A DNA stretch of 21,171 bases. It comes from Candidatus Nanohaloarchaea archaeon. Lineage in GTDB: Archaea; Nanohalarchaeota; Nanosalinia; Nanosalinales; Nanosalinaceae. Below the pieces are notes generated by a model. That model searched no databases. It was given only the letters and a program-made list of their open reading frames with translations, and was not told the DNA's origin. The DNA lies in assembly GCA_042217585.1 (NCBI GenBank), contig JBDGSJ010000019.1, positions 1 through 21,171 on the forward strand, given 5' to 3'. Positions 15,315 through 21,171 of the stretch are shown piece by piece. Numbering within the stretch: the first letter of the stretch is position 1; every line of letters starts with the position of its first letter. A program made the translations under genes and the position numbers.

Positions 15315-17570
15315 CTACACCTGCTGGTCCAGCCATTCCTTCCACCGCGCGTAGATCCTCTCGGGCTGCTGCTCGCCGTATTCCTCGTTCACCCTCTCCG
15401 CGATTATGTGGTACTGCTGGTTTGCCTTCACCACGAAATCAGCCTCCAGCATGTCAGGACGGTCCTCCTCGTTCGCGGTCTCCACCAGCGTCTGCTTGAC
15501 CCTCTTTCTCAACTGGATGTTGTCCCAGACCGCCTCCCAGTCGTTCTTCCACTCCCTGATGTTCTCGGCTATCCTGTTAAGTATCTCGGACTGGCCGTTC
15601 TTCAGGGTGTCAGTGGGAACGAGTTCGTCCTTATTTGAATCGTAACGCATCAGATCCACGAAGGCGCCTTCCTCCATAGGGTCGTCGGTCCAGGTCTTCC
15701 TGACCTCCGTTATACCTGTCACACGCCGGTAAGTCTGCAGACCGTCCGGACTCTTGATCTTGTTGACGCTTACGATTATGTCCGTCGCCTTGAAGGAGGT
15801 CCTCGGCACGTTGAGGTCGTTGACCACGCGGTCGAAGACCGAGTAGGCGTCCTCGCCGTGGATCGTTCCCCCGACGAAGTTCGCGACCGCGCCGACACGC
15901 ATAGCCTCGTAGAGCGCCTGAGCCTCGTCCGACCGGACCTCTCCGATGACCAGCGCGGAGTCTCCCAGCCTGAGCGAGGTCCTTATTGCCTCGTCCGCCG
16001 GCATCTCGTTCTCGACCTGCGTGATGACCGACTGCGACTTCATCCTTTCGATGTTGTAGCCCAGGCCCTTCATCTGGTTGACGGGTAACTCGAGCGTGTC
16101 CTCCACCGTCACTATGCGGTGGTTCTTCATTATCTCCAGCATCGAGGCACCGAGCAGCGAGGTCTTGCCTGCTCCTCTAGTGCCCGAGAAAAGCACGGAC
16201 CTGTTTCCGTCAACTATGAATGATATCAGCGCGGCGCCCAGGGGGTTTATCATGTCGTTGTCGATGAAGAGAGGGAGTGTCCAGGCCTTTGACCTGTGCC
16301 GCCTGAAGGCGAACGCCAGTCCCTCCGGGGACAGGTTCTCCTGTATGACCGCCACGCGTGCTCTTCCGCCGGGTACGTCGGTCTCGGTGTCCAGCACAGG
16401 GTTGGCCTCGTCCAGCGGCCGTCCTGACTGTATCCTGAAGCGGGTCGCCCATGACTCCGCTTCCTCCTTCGTAGGTATCAGGTTGGTCTTGCACTCCTCG
16501 TACTCCTGGTGGTTCACGTATATCGGAGAGCTTCCTATCGGAGAGTTTATGAAGACGTCCTGGATTTTCGGGTCCGCGAGCAGAAGTTCGAGGACGCCTA
16601 GGCCCGAGGTGTATCTGTTCAGGATGGAGGCGAGTTCCTCGAGCTCGTCCATCGACAGGTTTATGTCCATCTGGCCGGCGATGTCCCTGAGCATGTCCTT
16701 GCCTATGTTCTCGAACACCTCCTGCATCCTCTCCGGACGGGCGAACTCGCCCTCCTCCGGGGAGTGAGACGCCATGAAACGTCTCGCCGCATCGAGAAGA
16801 GTGTACTTCTCCTCCGGCAGGTTGAACTCCGGGGGATCGACGTGGTAGACGTTCCTGGTCTCCTCCGGGGTGTCGTATATCGAGACCTCGATGTCCTCCC
16901 TGACCGAGTACCTGTCGATCTCCTCACCCCTCTCCGGGGGAAGAGACATGTACTTCGTAAGCATGAAGTTGGGACGGACCAGCGGATGGAAGAACTCCCT
17001 GTATATCTCCCTGTCGCCGATGTGGTGGCCGGTTATGTAGTCTTGGGCTCTCTCTATCATCTCTGTTTCCTCGAGTATGCCCATCACCGGATCTACAACG
17101 TCCTCGATGAAATGCTGGAGACACTCTTTCTGCTGGGGATAGCCCTCGTCCTGGTCCTGCTTCAGGTGTCTCTTTTTCCTCTTCAGCCTGACGTAGGCGC
17201 CGATGGGATCCCTCCTCATGTGATCGAAGACTATCTCCTGGGCGTCCGGCAGGTGCTGGCTGTAAACGTTGCTGCACTCGTCCCGCCTGACCTCCTTCGA
17301 GAGGTATCCCTGGCTGGAGATGTCCTGTATGGCGCCGGCGATCTCCTTCAGCATCCGGACCTGTTCCTCTCCGTACTCGTAATCTCTTGACTCGGAGAGG
17401 ACGACCGAGTTCGCCTCCGGGACCTCCTGAAGTATATTGATAACCCTTGACATGACCTGGGGGTAGTCCTCGATGGAGGCGCCGTAGATGGAGCCGAGCG
17501 TGTTCACCCGGACCGTGTGGGTCTCGTCGTCGTACTCATAGTCGAAAACGTCTTTGTCAGTCAGTGCCAT
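15315..17570 (-). CDS. Type II/IV secretion-pilus assembly ATPase (VirB11/TadA-CpaF/PilB-ArlI family), 751 aa
   Basis: Walker A GTRGAGKTS, Asp box VTVEDTLEL, Walker B LRLGDSALVIGEVR, His box GTIHG, and GLGVLELLLADPKIQDVFIN. Confidence 0.95.
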   Translation of the reverse strand: MALTDKDVFDYEYDDETHTVRVNTLGSIYGASIEDYPQVMSRVINILQEVPEANSVVLSESRDYEYGEEQVRMLKEIAGAIQDISSQGYLSKEVRRDECSNVYSQHLPDAQEIVFDHMRRDPIGAYVRLKRKKRHLKQDQDEGYPQQKECLQHFIEDVVDPVMGILEETEMIERAQDYITGHHIGDREIYREFFHPLVRPNFMLTKYMSLPPERGEEIDRYSVREDIEVSIYDTPEETRNVYHVDPPEFNLPEEKYTLLDAARRFMASHSPEEGEFARPERMQEVFENIGKDMLRDIAGQMDINLSMDELEELASILNRYTSGLGVLELLLADPKIQDVFINSPIGSSPIYVNHQEYEECKTNLIPTKEEAESWATRFRIQSGRPLDEANPVLDTETDVPGGRARVAVIQENLSPEGLAFAFRRHRSKAWTLPLFIDNDMINPLGAALISFIVDGNRSVLFSGTRGAGKTSLLGASMLEIMKNHRIVTVEDTLELPVNQMKGLGYNIERMKSQSVITQVENEMPADEAIRTSLRLGDSALVIGEVRSDEAQALYEAMRVGAVANFVGGTIHGEDAYSVFDRVVNDLNVPRTSFKATDIIVSVNKIKSPDGLQTYRRVTGITEVRKTWTDDPMEEGAFVDLMRYDSNKDELVPTDTLKNGQSEILNRIAENIREWKNDWEAVWDNIQLRKRVKQTLVETANEEDRPDMLEADFVVKANQQYHIIAERVNEEYGEQQPERIYARWKEWLDQQV

Positions 17571-17613
17571 CCCAGCATTATTTTATTCGGGTGGCGTCAA
17601 ATTAAAAGATAGG
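17571..17613. promoter_or_regulatory. 43-bp divergent promoter region between the pilus ATPase and the coiled-coil gene pair
   Basis: TTTTATT at 17581-17587 (plus) and TTTTAATT at about 17600-17607 (minus), each roughly 27-30 nt from the respective ATG. Confidence 0.5.
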
Positions 17614-18051
17614 ATGGCTGACAACGATCTGCTGAACCAGATAGTGGACCGGGTGAACGACTTCAACCGGCGTGTCCGGGACCTCGAGGAGAAGGTAAGG
17701 AACCTCAATGCCCGGGTGAACACTCTTGATGACTCGCTTCTCAAGAAGACGAAGTCGCTCAGCAACGATATCCAGGATATAAACGACGAGATAAGCCAGG
17801 TCAGGGACCGCATCGCGAACCTCGAGGTGGACATTAAGGAGATAAACAGGGAGAAGAGGAAGTACGTCACTTCCCAGGAGCTCGAGGAGATCGAGAACTA
17901 CATGGACCTGATGAACCCCATCAACTCCGCTTTCGTCACCAAGAAGGAGGCGAAGGAGATGGTCCAGGACGCGGTGAACACGGATCAGGGAGTGACCGAG
18001 GAGGAAGTCGAGGAGATAGTCGACAGAAAGATAAAAAAGCTGGAAGAGTAA
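17614..18051 (+). CDS. Hypothetical coiled-coil protein (145 aa)
   Basis: The likely start is MADNDLL at 17614 (the track start overlaps the ATPase). Long heptad repeat followed by LEEIENYMDLMNPINSAFVTKKEA. Confidence 0.85.
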   Translation: MADNDLLNQIVDRVNDFNRRVRDLEEKVRNLNARVNTLDDSLLKKTKSLSNDIQDINDEISQVRDRIANLEVDIKEINREKRKYVTSQELEEIENYMDLMNPINSAFVTKKEAKEMVQDAVNTDQGVTEEEVEEIVDRKIKKLEE

Positions 18052-18107
18052 ACTGGATTAGACGCTCTGGAAACCCTTAAATTCGAGGGAAATTAAAGGT
18101 TAGTTAG

Positions 18108-19034
18108 ATGAAATTCGAGCTCTTCGGAAGACTCCGGGACAATGACGAAAATCAGGATGGAGAGAACGGCTCGTCAGGAGATTTCGAGTCTTCCTCATCC
18201 GAGCTCACGGCTGGAGAGCTTGAGCAGACGGTCGAGGACATGTTCTCGCAGGGTTACTCGGAGGAGGAGATCAAGCAGGAGCTCTCGGGACAGTACTCGG
18301 AGACGGAGATCAACAGAGCGATCAACAATACTGTTACAGCCTCTGCCACGGCGGCGGAGGAAGAGTTCGAGGGAGGACCTGAACCCATGACACCTTACGA
18401 GGAGGACCAGGAAGATGAGGCAGTCAGCCCCATGGACGAGGGCTATGGAGGATCCGAAAACTCCGGACAGGAAACAGGGAACATGAACAACCCGCCCGGT
18501 CCGGGAGGAGGGTCCGAACAGCAGGGCATGGGGTCCTCTCAGCCACCGGTCCAGCAGGATCAGGGGATGCAGCAGACAAACCCTGCCAGACAGAACCAGT
18601 CTCAGTCCGGTTCCAGGCGGTCAGGTGGCGGGGTCGATGCGGAGACCGAGGAACTTATCGAAACTATAGTCGCGGAATACTTTGACAGGGTTCAATCAAA
18701 GTTCGACCAGGTCTACGAGGAGCTGGATCTTATAGAGGAGGAGATGGAGAACCTGGAGAGCAGGGTCCACGACCTCGAGGTCCGGGACGACGAGGACCAG
18801 GAACAGTTCGTACAGAAACTGGATGAGGTCGAGGAACACATCGATTCCTACGAATCAAGGATCGGAGGGCTGGAGAAGGCTTTCCAGCAGGTACTTCCCT
18901 CCCTTGTCGACAACGTCAGGGACCTTACCGATCTCGTGCAGGAGATCAAAAGGGAGAGAGGGATGGAGACTGAAACGTCGGTCTCCAGTCAGGACATGGA
19001 AGACGTCGACATGGAAGAGATGGAGGACTGGTAA
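18108..19034 (+). CDS. Hypothetical protein (308 aa): small helical domain, Q/G/P-rich disordered linker, C-terminal coiled coil
   Basis: GYSEEEIKQEL helical motif, low-complexity linker, TEELIETIVAE...GLEKAFQQVLPSLVDNVRDL. TATA-like CTTAAAT at about 18076-18083. Confidence 0.85.
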   Translation: MKFELFGRLRDNDENQDGENGSSGDFESSSSELTAGELEQTVEDMFSQGYSEEEIKQELSGQYSETEINRAINNTVTASATAAEEEFEGGPEPMTPYEEDQEDEAVSPMDEGYGGSENSGQETGNMNNPPGPGGGSEQQGMGSSQPPVQQDQGMQQTNPARQNQSQSGSRRSGGGVDAETEELIETIVAEYFDRVQSKFDQVYEELDLIEEEMENLESRVHDLEVRDDEDQEQFVQKLDEVEEHIDSYESRIGGLEKAFQQVLPSLVDNVRDLTDLVQEIKRERGMETETSVSSQDMEDVDMEEMEDW

Positions 19035-19088
19035 CTCTCTCGTCGAAAAATATTTTTGTGGTCCTTCTTCAGTTGACCTGCTCCGCTA

Positions 19089-19577
19089 CTATTCTCCCGC
19101 CAGGTAGACCACGGTTATTATGAACACCAGTATCAGTATCGGCATCACGACCTCCTCGAAGACCGGTCCGTCGGTAATCTGGGTCCCGCCGCCGTAACCT
19201 ATCAGGACGCTCACGAAGGAGACGACCGCTATGATACCTATCACGACTTTCATGAGCCCTCCGCTGTTCTGGACGTATTCCTCAAGGTCGATCCCGGCGA
19301 CCCCGGACAGTATAAGCAGGCCGACCACTCCGAAGACCGCGAACGCTATGTTGGCGGCGAAATGGGTCCACATGCCTTCCGGGGCGAACCTCCAGATCCC
19401 GAACAGGAACATGAACGAGACCGCCAGCGCTATCACCCCGTTTATCTGGCTGTCCTCGCTTATGGCCTGGTACTTGTCGAGGACTCCGTAGGTGACGGCG
19501 AAGACCAGGAGCCATGAAAGCAGGAGGTTCATGCCCTCCTCGTACATGAACATGACCACCTGGTCTACAGCTCCCAT
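19089..19577 (-). CDS. Multi-pass membrane protein (about 5 TM, 162 aa)
   Basis: Hydrophobic segments LLLSWLLVFAVTYGVL, INGVIALAVSFMFLF and others; SD GAGGTGA upstream. Confidence 0.85.
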   Translation of the reverse strand: MGAVDQVVMFMYEEGMNLLLSWLLVFAVTYGVLDKYQAISEDSQINGVIALAVSFMFLFGIWRFAPEGMWTHFAANIAFAVFGVVGLLILSGVAGIDLEEYVQNSGGLMKVVIGIIAVVSFVSVLIGYGGGTQITDGPVFEEVVMPILILVFIITVVYLAGE

Positions 19578-19586
19578 CTAATCACC

Positions 19587-20144
19587 TCAGTCTATGTCCT
19601 CCATCATCTTTTCCAGCATGGAGGTCCCGTCTTCTTCGTCCTTTTCCTCGCCGCCGCTGGTGGTCCACCAGATCGTCCCGGCGACAAGCACCAGCCAGAT
19701 CAGGCCTTTCTCGAACAGAAGGGTGGAGAGAGATCCGATTCCCTTGAGTTCAAGGCCTATACCCAGCAGTCCCTGGATCCCGCCGGAGAACCCGAACGCG
19801 ATCACGGCCAGCACCACCAGGAGCCAGAGGAAACCTCTCTTCCTGTAGTGCTTGGGCTCGACTCCGGACATGCCGAACAGCATGAACAGACCGAGGAGTC
19901 CCAGCATCGCCAGCGTGATCTTGAAGAAGAACTGCTGGAAGAACAGCTGGTAGGTAGGATTCTGTGATATGTAGAACGAGGTGAAGAAAGCTGCGGCAAG
20001 TGATACAACGCTCGCCAGCCTCTGCTCCTCCTCGAAGAGGTGGACCTGCTTCAGCGAGAGGAATATAAGCACGTATGTAAGCAGGAAGGGTAGTATAACC
20101 CGGTAGAAATCGTACTGCGCCAGAGGCTGGACGATATCTACCAC
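19587..20144 (-). CDS. Multi-pass membrane protein (about 5 TM, 185 aa), paralog of 19089..19577
   Basis: VILPFLLTYVLIFLSL...LASVVSLAAAFF aligns by eye with the downstream gene. GTG start; acidic C-terminal tail. Confidence 0.85.
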   Translation of the reverse strand: MVDIVQPLAQYDFYRVILPFLLTYVLIFLSLKQVHLFEEEQRLASVVSLAAAFFTSFYISQNPTYQLFFQQFFFKITLAMLGLLGLFMLFGMSGVEPKHYRKRGFLWLLVVLAVIAFGFSGGIQGLLGIGLELKGIGSLSTLLFEKGLIWLVLVAGTIWWTTSGGEEKDEEDGTSMLEKMMEDID

Positions 20145-20148
20145 TCAG

Positions 20149-20421
20149 TTATTCACCTGCGGCGAGGTGCTCGTCCAGCCTTCTGTTGAGCAGCCAGAGT
20201 TCCCTCCCGATTATCATCAAGCTGAGCATGATTATCCATGGAGCAATGTTCTTCCCGAACGCGATCATGTCGAAGGAGCTACTGCTGAAGAACAGGCTCC
20301 AGACAGTGACCACTATCGCGCCGAAGGAAAGGACCGCTATAAGGAACTCGTCCAGGATGTTTTCGACGTCGTAAAGGAATTCGTGGAACATCTTGTTTTC
20401 AAGCTCTTCTTCGTCTGTCAT
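20149..20421 (-). CDS. Small 2-TM membrane protein (90 aa)
   Basis: Two hydrophobic helices (FLIAVLSFGAIVVTVWSLFF; IAPWIIMLSLMII) and an acidic N-terminus. Confidence 0.8.
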   Translation of the reverse strand: MTDEEELENKMFHEFLYDVENILDEFLIAVLSFGAIVVTVWSLFFSSSSFDMIAFGKNIAPWIIMLSLMIIGRELWLLNRRLDEHLAAGE

Positions 20422-20431
20422 TGGAAAACAC

Positions 20432-20566
20432 CTACAGACCTCCCATCCGGTTGCGCCTTGAAATCACTCTCTGGATTTTCGCCAGCACGAAACCAGCTGC
20501 CATTCCCACCACTACGACCGTCGGGTTGTTCATCAACTGGTTAACCACGTTCTCAACGAAGGCCAT
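20432..20566 (-). CDS. Small single-TM protein (44 aa), not in ORF track
   Basis: Manual translation MAFVENVVNQLMNNPTVVVVGMAAGFVLAKIQRVISRRNRMGGL. SD GAGGT upstream and TATA TATTTAAA at about 20603-20610. Confidence 0.75.
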   Translation of the reverse strand: MAFVENVVNQLMNNPTVVVVGMAAGFVLAKIQRVISRRNRMGGL

Positions 20567-20631
20567 TTTTGATACCTCTTAACGGTTATTTATCGGTTGG
20601 CGTTTAAATATTTAGGATTTCTCCCGGTCTC

Positions 20632-21171
20632 TCACTCCTTTTTCGCCAGAGCCCTGACCTCTTCCCACTCGTCCTCTATGTTCTCTATCGATCTCATCAC
20701 TTCGTTCAGGTGCTCCTCCTCTTCCTCGGAGAGATGTCTCTTGATGCTGTTGAGTTCTCCCTCCTCCTTGTCCAGTTCCTTCACCACTTTACTTACCTCG
20801 GCAATTTCCTCTTCCTCCCTCTTTCTCTCCTTCTTCAGGTTGTCTATCTCTTTCTGGACCTTTTTCTCAAGTTCCTTCTTCCTGTTGACGATCTTGTTTA
20901 TCTCTTCGACTACCTGTTTCGTCTCCTTCTCCTCTTCCTGTATCTTCTCCCAGTCAGTCTGGTCGCTGTACTTTCTCGCCAGCTTCTCGGCGTTCTTCTC
21001 CTCCTTCTCGAGCTCCTGGGCCAGTTGCTCCAGTTCCTCTTCCTCATCATCGAGCTCCTTGAGTTCCTTCTTGACGCCCTTCAGTTGCTGGAGGGTTCCC
21101 GCTATCTCCTCGTGGGCCTCTTTCTCCATCCGCAGCGCGTCCTCAATGTCCTGGAACTCCTTCTTGTTCTC
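20632..21171 (-). CDS. Charged (E/K-rich) coiled-coil protein, 5'-truncated by the window edge
   Basis: The frame stays open from 21171 (ENKKEFQDIEDALRMEKE...) to the stop at 20632, with a heptad pattern. Confidence 0.8.
   Translation of the reverse strand, partial: ENKKEFQDIEDALRMEKEAHEEIAGTLQQLKGVKKELKELDDEEEELEQLAQELEKEEKNAEKLARKYSDQTDWEKIQEEEKETKQVVEEINKIVNRKKELEKKVQKEIDNLKKERKREEEEIAEVSKVVKELDKEEGELNSIKRHLSEEEEEHLNEVMRSIENIEDEWEEVRALAKKE

Noticed and set aside
13173..17570. Archaellum (arlI/arlJ) operon
   Set aside because: No archaellin-like N-termini, no ArlH/F/G or chemotaxis genes; the ATPase is much longer and the pilins are short and diverse.

Overview
Archaeal chromosomal segment with a strongly acidic proteome, compact gene packing, mostly leaderless TATA-box promoters and an alba gene. 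It is most consistent with Nanohaloarchaeota (DPANN), which is an inference. The left end holds housekeeping genes: an intron-containing tRNA-Arg(GCG), a DUF1610-type Zn-ribbon, EF-1beta, FEN1 and bacterial-type gpmI, plus two very acidic coiled-coil proteins. From about 5965 to 17570 the minus strand carries a large type IV pilus (Tad/archaeal T4P-like) locus. It has a 751-aa assembly ATPase, a 712-aa two-domain platform protein and 13 pilin/adhesin-like genes of 45-651 aa. Two of these are missing from the ORF track, and two or three lack the basic class III leader. A divergent pair of coiled-coil genes and a convergent run of small membrane proteins flank the locus. The pilin-like proteins checked are net basic, unlike the rest of this halophilic proteome, and the largest carries an internal Gly-rich hydrophobic segment. 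The locus is therefore a candidate host-attachment/contact apparatus of an ectosymbiotic archaeon.
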